Shown: positions 12,676-24,900 of the stretch, one piece after another
Numbering within the stretch: the stretch's first letter is position 1
Layout: each line of letters starts with the position of its first letter
NCBI GenBank assembly: GCA_039621445.1
Contig: CP154954.1
Span: forward strand, 9,708,641-9,772,640
DNA: 64,000 nucleotides
Source of the DNA: Euglena gracilis
Lineage: Eukaryota
Direction: 5' to 3'
Translations under genes and position numbers: made by a program
The notes under the pieces: model-generated
Database searches by the model: none
What the model was told of the DNA's origin: nothing
Seen by the model: the letters and a program-made list of their open reading frames with translations, nothing else

Positions 12676-13597
12676 TTAATTTTTATAAAAACATGGAAAT
12701 TTCTGACAAATAACATTTGCATTCATACCCCGGGGTCCAGGTGCCACCCCCTCCCTCGGCAAGGGATGGCAAGCAGAGGTTTCAAAAAAAAAACAACAAC
12801 TCTGGTCTGAACCAGAAATGCTATGGGCGAAAGCAGAGCCCTCAACACGCATGGGCGGCACTCTCCGACCCCGGCTGTGGCACCGCAGACCACCTCACAT
12901 CACCGTGGTGGTGTCTGTGGAGGACAGGGGTTTTTCTTTTAGTCTTGGACCCCTGGGGGGAGAGGGGGGTAGGGTGGGTGCATGGCCGAGCCTCCCCTGG
13001 GGGGTCCGCACAGGGGGGGGGGTATACTTTTCGGAAAGCGCCGAGAATTTTTGAAAAAGGGGCTATTTTAGCATTTTCCCAACTTTTTGGCCATTTTCCG
13101 GGAAAATTGAGTGGGCATGGTGGTGGCTAATTTGTCACCCCTACACTGATACAGTGCAGATAAACGTCAGAGACAATCATTATGGGAAGAATTACAGGAA
13201 GAAAAATCATGGGAAAAATATTATATTTGAACTTTGAGCTTCAGAGATTTTCTAAAGCCGTGTCCCCTCCGCTAATAGGATCAAGGACAAAGCCTCGGGT
13301 GCAGCACGTCAGACACAATGTGCACCTGAGGTTTTGTTTCCGTGTGAGTGTGATGGTCAAACCACACTCAAATGTGTAGTGTGTGGCGACCGTGCCTGTG
13401 ATTGCATTTCTGATCACGCCACTGTAGTTTGACCCATTTTCCAATTGGACAGCGATTGGCCGATTTTGGATAAGCTGCAGTCCAGGGAGGAGGTACTGCA
13501 AATTTGTAGGCAGAGTTCTGAGTGGGAAAAAATGACGGGAGACAAAATGATCTAATGGGAGATCAAGCTGTTTATTCAGCATTTCCCCCCTTTCCAT
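12676..13597 (-). CDS. Sm/LSm-fold RNA-binding protein (LSm4/SmD-like)
   Basis: Minus-strand exons 13495-13391 (YLLPGLQLIQNRPIAVQLENGSNYSGVIRNAITGT, Sm1 motif), 13325-13294 (VHIVSDVLHP) and 12874- (SRGRRVPPMRVEGSAFAHS, Sm2-like), joined by a GT-AG and a GC-AG intron in phase. Start ATG at 13597 or 13582 and the C-terminus are uncertain. Confidence 0.6.
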
Positions 13598-13965
13598 CCA
13601 GTGTACTACCTTTCCTCCACCCTTCAAATGCGCCATCTACATGGAGGACGCCTTGCGACGGCTGTAATCCAATACACCATAAGCAAAGTCCCCCCCCAAC
13701 CGGCCTTTTTTGCTCTATCTTTGTCCTCCCCATACCCCCTTGCTGCTTCTGTGCATTGTGTGATAGCCGGTTTGGGGGATAATTTTGCGCACTGTTTGAA
13801 GCCCATCAAATTTTTTTCCAGTGCTTTGCGTCGGTTTTTTTTTGACGCAAGGGGGGAGGGGCGTCCTGGACCAGCCCCCTCCCCCCTCCCCCCCTCTCAC
13901 TTCATGCCCTGCTGGGGAGTGAGGTCGCTTCCACCCCAGCAATTCTTGATTCTTGAATGAATTGA

Positions 13966-14072
13966 TTCTTGGGATTCTTGGGATTCTTGGGATTCTTGGG
14001 ATTCTTGGAATTCTTGGGATTCTTGGGATTCTTGGGATTCTTGGGTTCTTGGGATTCTTGGGATTCTTGGGG
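13966..14072. repeat. 9-bp tandem repeat (TTCTTGGGA)n, ~12 units, between divergent genes
   Basis: Direct reading; source of the GIL/GFL/PKN repeat ORFs. Confidence 0.95.
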
Positions 14073-14133
14073 TTCACGCGGCGGCCCCTGCCGGCGGCAG
14101 TTCTCGCACTCCTCCACCACGGCGCGGGCCGCC

Positions 14134-17100
14134 ATGGCCCAGCTCCAGGCGGGTGACGTGTTCGTGGCGCACGAGTGGATGCCCCCCGCGAAGTACCGCC
14201 GCTACCTCGCGAAGCAGCGGGTGTGCCCGCCGACCCCAGCGATAGATGGCAGGGGGGTCCAGACCACCCCAGGGCAGAACAGGAATCGGCCAAACAGCCA
14301 GCGTGGTGGGTGGTGGGGGGGGTCGAACCCCCCCACCACTTCCCGTATTTCCGGGAGCACCAATTTTTGGACCCCAATATTTTTTTTGGTGCCTTCGGCA
14401 CTGAGTGTATTTTGGACCCATTTTGGGACCCATATGGGAGGTCCCCCCAAAAACCCTAAAAACCCCATTTTTTTTTCACACCTTCCAAAATTTTAACATT
14501 TTCTCAAAATTTTGATTTGAGAGGTTTTGAAGCAAAAAATGCTATTGGAAATGCAAAAAATTTCCAAGAGAAAAAATGTCAGTGAATTACTGTGCCAAAA
14601 TTTGGTCCATTTTTTTGACCTGCATTTTTTTTGCCCCCCTCCTAAAAACTACCAATTTTTAAACCTGAAAATCCGGAGTTTTTTTTTTGTGAAAAAATGT
14701 GGTTTTGCATCAAAAAATCATGTATTTTAGATTCATTTTTCAAAATAATTTCAAAAATTTTCCCCCAGCCAAAATCCCCGTTTTCCCAAAGTTCAAAGTT
14801 GGTGGAAATGCTGTGGTGGGTGGGGGTGGGTCGACCCCCCCCCCTCCCGGGTGGGGGGTCGACCCCCCCACCAGGCCTTCCCGTTCTGCCCTGGACCCTC
14901 CTCCCCTAGATGTTGTAAGGGGGGTCCGGACCCCCATCCCCTCCTCAGCAGGTTCCAAAAATAGAGAATTTTTTCCTCCGGTGCTGCGCGCCAGAAAATG
15001 AACCAAAAATGCCCCCTTTCCTTTAACTTTGAGCATATTGCCCATCTTTTGATGTTTTGGTGTTTTCCAGATAAAATGTTCAAAGAATTTCAAAAAATCT
15101 GCATTTTTGGGTTAATATTCAAATAAAAATCAATGATTTTTGAACAATTTTGGTCGATTTCCTGCCCTTGCATAAAACCGAAAAAATTTTCGGGCCCCCT
15201 CAGTTTCGAGGGGGGGTCCGAACCCTCAAGGCTTCCCAACTTCCCCTTTCCATTTAAGACACACGGATGGTCACAATTTTGGAGAGTGGTTTCGGACACT
15301 CAGGTGTGTTCGCTTTTTTGGATTTCATTTTTGGAGGCTCAGGGTCAGGGGTTTCAGGGTCAGCCGGAGGGGACCCTACCCACCGGGGGGGTCCAGCCAG
15401 CCAGCAGCTCAAATCCAGCCAGCAGCCCAAATTCAGGAGGGTCAAGTGAAATAAAGTTGGGTCCAGCCCGGCCGGAGGCCGGGCCAGCCAGCCGAAGGCT
15501 GGGTCAGCCGGCCGGCCGCAGGCTGGCCAACCAACTGGGCTGCCCAGCTCACCTATCCCTGCATTTTTTTTCTCATCACAGCGTCCTCTATCACAGCCCC
15601 CCAGCCTTGATCTAGCTCCATCCATCAAAATGTCGAGAAGGCAAAAATGTGTTAGAAATTTTTTTTTCATCGACCAAGCCCAGCAGCCCCCTCCAGCCCC
15701 GGACCCCCCCCCCCTATCTCCCTGGGGGGTCCATCCAGCAGCTCGTTTCCAGCCAGCAGCCTTTTTGCCAGCCGGAGGCTGGACCACCCCCAGGGGGGGG
15801 GGTCCTTAAGAAAACCCCTGCTCAGGGTGTGGTACCCTTCAGACGCTGAGCACTTAAATTGTAGGGGCAGTTTACACTCCGCTCCACTTTCTTTGACGTG
15901 GCATCGTTCCACAGTTTTTCGGGTGGTCATTTTTTCTGAAGGTAGTTTCTTGCATGTGTCTCATACAGCTGTGCTCAAACCTCGCATGGCAATGAGCGGG
16001 ACTTTACATAGCAACCCTCAGGTGGCCAAAAATGATAAAAAAGTGGCCCAAAATGGCCAAAGGTGGCCAAAGACACTTAAAAGTGGCCAAAAGTGTTCTA
16101 AAATGGCCAAAAAATGGTCAAAAGTGGCCAAAAAATAGCAAAAACAGCCAAAAATGTTCATTCCTCCCATGTATTGTCAGTTTTCCGTCGATCTGGGGTC
16201 CATACCCCCTTGCCTAACGACCCCCCCCGGGTCGGAGATGAACATTGGCTATTTGAGCGACCGCCCGGTTGGAGACGAACATTGGTGGTCGTTGGACAAG
16301 GGGGGGGGGAGAACGACGGAGTGTACCAATCTTCCAGGGATTTTCTTTGCATTTTTTTGGTTACAGGTGTTTTAAGGGGCAAAAGGGATGCAAGCATTTC
16401 TTCAAAAGAGATTTTTAATGGCGATTTGTGAGAGCCACAAAACCACAATCATGCAAAAAGCAAAAGTGGAGCACACATGATGCACAAGCAGGTGGAAATC
16501 GTGCAGAGTAACCGAACAGTGTTTTTCAAGTGAATGTCAGATTTGTATTAAATTTATGTCTTTATGTGCATTTTCCTACCTCCCTGCCAACCAAATTTCC
16601 TCCCTATAGTTTTTTACCACCTTTCTCTTTTTGTGTTTTGTCCACACAGTTTCATGTTTACAGTCCGGACACAAATGACGAGAAACAAAAATGATGGAAA
16701 AATGATGGGAATTTTTTAATTTGGGAAAATTAATGATGGCAAAAATAAATTTGTCATGGAAAACGGCGGTAGTTTTTCCACTGGTGATGATTTTTTTTTT
16801 GGTAAAAGGGAGTTCAAAGTTTCAAACTGGTGGTCTTCTGAGTGTGAACAAGCTCCAAAAATGGTGTCTTCTGGGGTGTTCTTTTGTGATTTTCTTCGAA
16901 CAGACCCCAAATTTGACCATATACCATACCCCCATCTTTTTTGTGTGTGAAATTTGACTGCCCCTGAATGTGGCTCCTCCAAAAGGGCATGGGTGGAAAA
17001 GGTGGGGGGGGGAATGATGGAAGAAATGATTGGCAAGGGGCACTTGATGATTTTTGTTTTCTATTTCACTTTTTCTGTGCAAAAGGAACTTTGGAAATAC

Positions 17101-20100
17101 AAGGGCTTTGTTGCAATATATACAACATACACATGTTAAAATCCTATATGCATCATTATGTTGATGTATATGTAATTGTTCTATTGTGTTACTGACATAT
17201 TTGACAAAAATTGTCAAATATGTTCTGTGATCACAGTCTGGACAAAAATAATGCGAAACAAAGACATGATGGGAACCACCCAGTTTCCCCCAAAATGAAA
17301 CCAAATTCACTTGTTTTCCATTCAATTTTTGACTCCAATCTTCAACTGATGGTGGAAAAAGGACCTTCCCCAATTGTTTTGTTTTTGGGGTGCCTAGTTT
17401 GCCAGTAAAAGGGGGATAAATCTGCCAGAACCAGCTCACAAGCACCATGCTCACTGGTATGAGGTCAGACCAGGTCTCATTGAGATGATGTTTGATTCCG
17501 GCATTCTAACCACAGACTATATATGTATATACATATATATATATATATATATATAACCATAGACTATATGATATATATACATATATATATATACATACGT
17601 GTGTATATATAAATTTTTTATGAGCGCAGTACCAAATAACATATTTTAGCAGGGTGTTTCCTCTCTTCTAAAGTAAAAGGAACGAAATAATCACTCTTTG
17701 AATGGGTCACTCTACAAAAGCTGAAATGTTTCACATTTCGTTGTCACACAAGAAACGTTTTTTTATAAAAATTGATTTTCTTTGGATTATTTTCCTTTAA
17801 TGAAGTTCATTTTTGATCCCTCCATATGTTGTGTTTGTAGCTGCAGATGCAAGTGCAGGAGAAGCCAACCGTACCAGAGATCACAACTGCCGCAGTATCG
17901 TCGGACCGGTCCTCCATCAGCGAACGCTATTCTGATTCTTCCGATTCTGGGTTCGACCTCCCGGCCATCTCTTCCCATCTTTTTTTTCTGAGGCAGGTGA
18001 TTGGTTTTGTTTTAACCGAGGGTTTCTCTCTTGTTCTGTTTCGTGTGGTCGTGTTGCAGAATAAAATGTAGCTCCCAGGGTGTGGCCAACCTCCCACCCC
18101 CCTTGTCCAACGACCAGGCTTGTCCAGTGACCACCCCCGGTCAGATGCGACCTTTTTGTATAGGATGTAGGTTCATTTATTACATAAAATTATTTTGAAA
18201 GAATTGTATGATTCAATTTAGTTTTTTTTTCATTGCAAGTTCTGGAGAAAGTTTGTTGTTGTAGTTTGTTGGGATGATCATTTTACCATAAAATGGTTGA
18301 AAGTGCCCCCCAAAATAGAAGGAAGGTCAGTAGCTCCCAAAATGGCTACAAGTTACCCAAATCCTCAAATTGATGTAAGTGTGCGAGACTGTGACAAACG
18401 GTGGAAAGTTGCTAAAATTGGTTAAAAAATATGGCCAAAATGGTCGAAATGGCCAGAAACAGCCACTGCAGAGCCAAAATGGCCCAAAAATGGCAACAAA
18501 CAGCCAAAATGACCATTTACCCCCTTGTCTAACCCCCCCCCCCGGTTGGAGACGAACATTGCCTGTTTTGATTACCCCCCCACCCGCTGGTCGGAGATGA
18601 ACATTGTTGGTCATTGGACAAGGGGGGAGGCACCCACCAGGGGTGGGATCGGACCAGGGATTGGTATAAGGAGGTCGGTGTGGCTTTTTTTTTAAAAAAA
18701 GGTGGAGTGCACCTCCCCCGCCCACCTGCCAACAGGGGTGTGTACCGACTCTGGGGGAGGACCCGGGACCCCCTCCGGCGCTTCGTGTCAATTTTTTTTC
18801 CAGCAATTTTAACATATTTTGCCCAAAAAGTGCCTAACATAACATTTTTGATTGATTTTGATTATTATCGGCTCAGTGCTGCTGCGTGCCAAGCAGAAAT
18901 AGTTCATTTTGTCCACCCCTCCTCCCCTCTCCTTGAGGGATCAAGACCCCCCACCTGCTCTTTTGTCGAGTTTTTGAGGTTTTCTTATTTCCAATTGCTG
19001 TTTTCTTGAGGAATGCTTTTTTTGCTTGTTCAAAAAGGCACTCTTGATGTGTGATGCTGACCTCCAAGGTGGCCTGCTTTCGTGTGACATGCCGCACTTG
19101 TATTTATTAGTGACAAGACTCAATGTCATCTCTGGCCTCCCAAACCAGCTGTACAGTCACCCCCCCTTTGACACATATCTACTCACCATCTCACCCCTTT
19201 TCTCAAAGAAAATTTATTAAAATAAAAGTTTCTTTGAATTGGACTTTGATTTGTATTGAAGAAATGAAAATTTGCTTTTCTTTTGCTCAAATTATTGGCA
19301 TGAGGTGGTGGGGGAGGTTTCAATTTGTTTGAAATAGGCCCACGATGACTGGGAATCAAAGCAAATGTCTGGCGACCAAAAGCTTCCTCCTGCAATTCAT
19401 TTCACAGGAAACCTCATGCAGCCTTGTATTCAGATCGTGATACCAGGTGCCTTTTCCAGATCCCGAGGAGGGTCGACCCCATCGGAAGTGAAAAGTAATT
19501 TGATCAATTTCCAATCAGACTGGAAATAAATATTCAAGAGTTGTAAATATTGGAATGTTGGCAAATGTGACATTTTTGGCCGTTACCATTGACATGCCCT
19601 TTTCTGAGGCCCTGGTACCATACTCCATTTTTGAGAACAATTTCTTTGTCTGTCCCATTTTTGCTTTCCTGTTTCTGGGTGACTGGTGACAACCGGTGAC
19701 ATTTCTTGGGCAGCACAAGAAAGCAACATTTCTCGGATTGATGGTTAAAATGTAGTCCTTCAGTATCCTCCACCCCAAAAGCCTGCATTTTGATGATTTC
19801 CATCCCTGAAGTTGGATTGATTCTGGGAGCGAGCAGGAGGCGTTTTTCGGGGGGCCCAATCCTTGATGGTGGGAGTCTGGTTGAGGTTTAAGGCGTTGCC
19901 GACCCAACCCCCAGGGGGCTCGAATTCATCCCATCGGCGTTTTTGAGTGGGCAGGAGGTCCTCTTTGGGGGGGGTGTTTCAGGGCAATTGATCCCCTCCT
20001 CCCCACAGGCTCTCCTCCTCCACATATGGATCGCTCCGGCCGAGCCCCCAAGCCGGAGGCGTCCGTGACGCGGGCCTTCAAGCAGACCCTCGCCCCCACG

Positions 20101-21891
20101 GACCACCACACCTCCCGCCGCGGGGAGGCGATCCGGCTGGACAAGCGGCCCGGGGGGTGTCCCTGACTGCATGAGCCGGTTTGCCAGGCTCTGCTTGCGT
20201 CGTTGACTGGCGGTTTGTGTTCGACTGTGCGCATGTGCACGTGTACATGTTTAGTGTTCCCATATGCCTTCGGATGTATTTTTCACCAACCCAAAAAGGC
20301 TTGAATCCTCGGCCATTAATGGGACGTAGTTGGGGTCTGAGTTCACACACTGGAACAAGTGCTATTTTCAGATGCATTTTAAGGCATGTAAATGAGGCGT
20401 CCAACGAAGGGGTTACGAAGACTCCTTTTTCATCAGGCTGTATACCATCGAAATCACACCTGTCCAACGGCTGATGGAAAGGTCTGTAACAGGGTTGAAA
20501 ATACATTTCATGGGAACATGGCAGACGACACCCTATTTGTGCATCCATTTCTGATAAGCAAAAAGGCAAGTCAATGGAAGGTACCAGTGAGCCAACTGCA
20601 CCACTTGCAATTGCGCAAGCAAAAGTTAAAGAGTCCCGTGCGCAACTGCGCAAAAGGGTGCAAATTTCAATTGCTTGCGCAATTGAGCAAATTAAAAACT
20701 CACTTGCGCAACCACAGCAGCCTCGATCCCTCCCCTCTCTATCTCTCTCTGTCGTGGATTCATTTCACTTCATCCTGTTGTGACCGCAGCTGCCAGTGGG
20801 GGTGCATGGGTTTTGAGAGTTGGTGGGAGGTGTCTGGGTGGTGGGTGAACCTCTGGGTTCAAAAAAGTAAGTTTGGGCATGTGGAAAAGTGCCACCTGAC
20901 TCTGTGCATAGATTCTGTGGGTTAGGACCCACCCCCAGAGGAATTTTGGGGGTTCGCGGAGCCCTTCATTCGGTTGTTTTTTTTGGACGGGGGTTGTATG
21001 CGCTTGATTTGCTCTGCAAATTAGAGCCTTCCAATAGGCGGCGGAAGGGCGTTAGAATTGCGGACACCCCCGAACTCATCATTTCGGCCCCAAAAAGCGG
21101 GCATTCTGGCAGCCGCCATCACCAGGTGGATACCCTCGGAGGTGTGAACATGTCGATCGGCTCCCAGGTGGTGGAATGTGTGAGATCACAAAGTACATGG
21201 AGTGACAGGCTGTGCTTTCAGAACTGTGCAACGCTGTTCTCACGATTTGGATTGGAACCTTCGAATTCCCTTCGCGCTCGATGTCCGGTTTTGCGGGTTT
21301 TGAGGCACGTGTTTTCACCCAAAAAAGGGACCCCAAAACGACCCCAAAAAGGCTAAAATCCCGGAATGGGCCTTGTATTGCGCGATTGTGTAAGGCAAAG
21401 TCCACTTTTGTGAGCTAAGTGTGAAGTAAACCGCTTGGGAATCTGCAAAAAAATAAAATTTTCCCTAGGAACAAATGGAAACCAGCTTGAAACGATTTGC
21501 ACCCTGAGCAGGTTGAAATTGACCAACCCCGGGGGAGGGAGGGGGTCTCGGAGAGCCTCGGAGTGCCTGGGCAGGCAGGCAACCCCTGGGAGGGGGGGGT
21601 GCCTGCTTGTTCATGGGCCAAAAAATGCACAAAAATGGCTTTTTCTGGGCTTTGGCGCCTTCGCCGGCAGTGCCTTGGCCAAGTGCCCAGTGCCCATGTG
21701 TTCTGCCCCCCCCCCCCCGAGGGGAACTGGGTGCCTTGGAGTACCTGGTACCTGCCCAGGCAGGCACCCCCCCCCCCCCCGGGGCGGGGTCGGCACCGCC
21801 TTAAAATTCAGCCTGGCCCCAAGTCACAGATGCAGTCACATGCTCTATTTCTCTATCTTTCTTCTGTGTGAGTTTGTATGAATGGTGCATG

Positions 21892-21927
<36 letters not shown>

Positions 21928-24900
21928 TTTGTGTGTGTGTTGGGTGTGTGTGTGTGTGTGTGTGTGTTGGGTGTGTTGTGTGTGTGTGTGTGTGTGTGTT
22001 GGGTGGGTGGGTGTGTCTGTTTGCCTGAGTGTTTGGTGTGGGTGTGTGCTCATAATCGTGGTGCATACGCATGCATTCATGCATTGTTTGCTTGCCTTGG
22101 TGCCCGCACGTATTCCCCCCTGTGATTTGTTTTTGGACACCAATGTAGCCTCTCCCACACCCGGGGACTGGCACGACCCGTTTGTTGGTTCCCCCGTCAC
22201 CTGGTCACCACCAGGACAGGACACCACGTGACACCACACAGGAGGTACAGGTTGGCAGATTTCGGCAGTGGGGGGGGGGGCGTGCGGACCCGGCCCGGCC
22301 TGCAGCTGCAGATGATCGGGCTGATGCGCTACCCCATCCCCGGGGACGGCAACTGCCTCTACGGCGCCCTCAGCCACCAGCTGGAAATCCAGCCCAGAGA
22401 TTCACTTGCCTCCCCCCTTTTCGAGAGAGGGTGAGTGGGTTTGGGCCAGGGGTAAAATGCCCGCCCCTGGCACCCCCCCATTATAAAGCCCCCTCCCAAG
22501 TATATATCCCCCAGTCGGTTTGTTTTTGCCACCCAAATATAAAGCTGCTTTGATGAAAAGCCCATTCAGGAAAAATTTTGGGTATATAACAGTTTTCCAG
22601 TAGAATTTCTCCATTTTTAAGACAAACATTGCACACACACACACACACATTTTTTGGGTAAAATAGGAGGTGAACAACCAAATTTTGGTGTGTAATTTGA
22701 CATTTGACTGCATCTGAAGGCTACCTGGAAAGGTTTGATTTCCCCCCTTAAAAGCCCCCCCCCCCCGAGGGTTTTGAAATCCCGCCCAAATATAACGCCC
22801 GGGGGGGCTTTATATTTGGGCGGGTGTTTAAGTGGACCTATGATCCAGGCCAATGTTGCCATCAGCCCCCTGGAGGTGAAGCGACCGCTGCCTGCCCCGC
22901 CCCCACCCCCCGCCTGGTTGCTTCGTTGGACACGCGGGGCTGAAGTGCGGAGCCCAGAAAAACACACAGGAATGAGGTTTTGAAGACGTCTGTTTCTTTT
23001 AGTGCATGGGAAAGGGTGAACCTCCCTTGTGGGAACAGTTCTGGGAGATATTTGCGATAATGGATGTTTTCAGCAATGTTTTTCCCGTTTGTGAGGATTT
23101 TCCAGCGAACAAATTTGCATTGTCAGATTTTTTGAAGGTTTGCATTTTTTTCAAAATATTATTGAATTTTTTTCGGTCATGGTTTTTTTTTATTACTAAA
23201 GCAACATATTACACCTCTTTAACTTTTAATATCTGATTTGCCTCGGTACGAGGTTTTTTCCATTTCTTTGGCCTTTTTCAATCCCTTGGTCTGGCTTGAT
23301 GAAAGGCTTTTTGTGATCCATCCTTTTTATCATCACTGCCACAACACCCTTCCCACCGGGAGGCACTGCCTTGACGGATATTCCACCGGATGCGGACCCA
23401 AGAATCGTATCGACACCTCTTCGAAGCGGAAGTCATCATGGATTTCGGCAGCTTCAATGAGTACCTGCACCCGGGGTCGGTGATAACAACCTGTAGAACC
23501 CAAAATTCCGTGGATTCCCATCCGAGGATGTTTGATGCACGGGTGTTCGTGGCATGGATGATTCACATACTGCATCTCTTTTTGCATGTTGTTCTTCAAG
23601 ATATTTTTGGATGTGTGCTGTCTTTTTACACGTGTTTGCATGTTCAAACTTTACGACTTAACAAACTTTATTATTGACAAACATTTTTTTTAAAAACATG
23701 GTTCGTGTGTACATACTGCTTTAGGATGCTGGCAAACGTTTGCTGAGACAGGCTGAGTTCATCCCACCAACGGAATAACCTCGTATGCTCTCCCTCGGCA
23801 GGGCATTTTCCACAGACCCAGAGTTCCCCCTCCCCCTGGCTCCGCCCCCAGGTGAAGGAATTCGGGACGGGGCAGGTTGCGTGGGGCGGCCTGCCGGAGC
23901 CCAGGCAGCTTTGTGGTCAGTTCAGGGGTCTAGTTTGCGGACTGCCCTATAGCCAGGGCCAGCCAATGGCCGGTTCAGGGCCGAAAAATTTTAGTGTCAA
24001 GAAAAACCATATTTTGATGTTTTATGGTGGGATGGAATTATTGAACGGTCTGGATGGATTACCTCGGATGATGGATGGATGACGCTGGCGGAATATGTGT
24101 AGAGAATGTGTAGAGTGTAGAGAATGTGCGTGTAAAGAATCTGGATACGTCGAGTTTCGCTCCAGCGTTTCATGTGTTTTGTCCGATGCGTTGCTGGGAG
24201 GGGGTCGGCAGAGGAAGTTATTGCTTGGCCTGCACTCACAGGAGTGTCAAGTGTCAAAATTCTCCCTGGGTTTCGTCCAAAACTGCCTGCCGGAGGTCAT
24301 CGTCTTCTGCGATGAGTTTCAGCGGCGTGCTTGTCTGCCCAGCCCCAGGTATTTCTGTCTTAACCCCCCCCCCCCAGCCACCTTCTGCTCACGCTTTTCG
24401 AAAGAAGGGACTGCCTGAGAAGGCAAACTTTGTGGACAATGAATCCGAGGGGGGGGGTCAGGTGACCATTTTTTTTGGGAAAGCCTGTGATTTTACAGTG
24501 GAGAGTGACAGCTGTGGATACAGCGATGCGACACAACGTGAAAGCTTGCTGACCAAGTTTCTCATAATTGATTGCCTGAAGGGCTTGCTGTAGGGCGACA
24601 CCCTGCTCACTGCTGATCCTGTTTCCGGCAGACATTCTTCATGCCATTCGTGTACGAGCCCACCGCTCAGAAAAACACCTAGCATGGAAAAGTGCAGGAA
24701 GCTCAAAAAAAAAACGGTGCTAGAGATGTCCCTTTGGGAATTTAAACTTTTCTATGAAGGGCCTCACAATCCGAGCCTGGCACATCAGAGGTTTTGGTTC
24801 ACTCTCTACTCTGTGCATCTCTGTACGGTTGCCCCCCCCCTGACCTGCGCGGAGTCATGGCAGCCCCAGGGAAGGAATGCCACGACCATCCCCTCCTCTC

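Noticed and set aside
13715-14496. ORFs with GIL/GFL/PKN/PRI repeats
   Set aside because: They are produced by the 9-bp tandem repeat; the coding signal begins at ATG 14134.
24320-24560. Exact junction between FCDEFQ and KFLIIDCLK in the OTU domain
   Set aside because: A stem is visible (CGGCGTGCTT / AAGCTTGCTG), but no consensus register keeps the frame, so I did not call coordinates.
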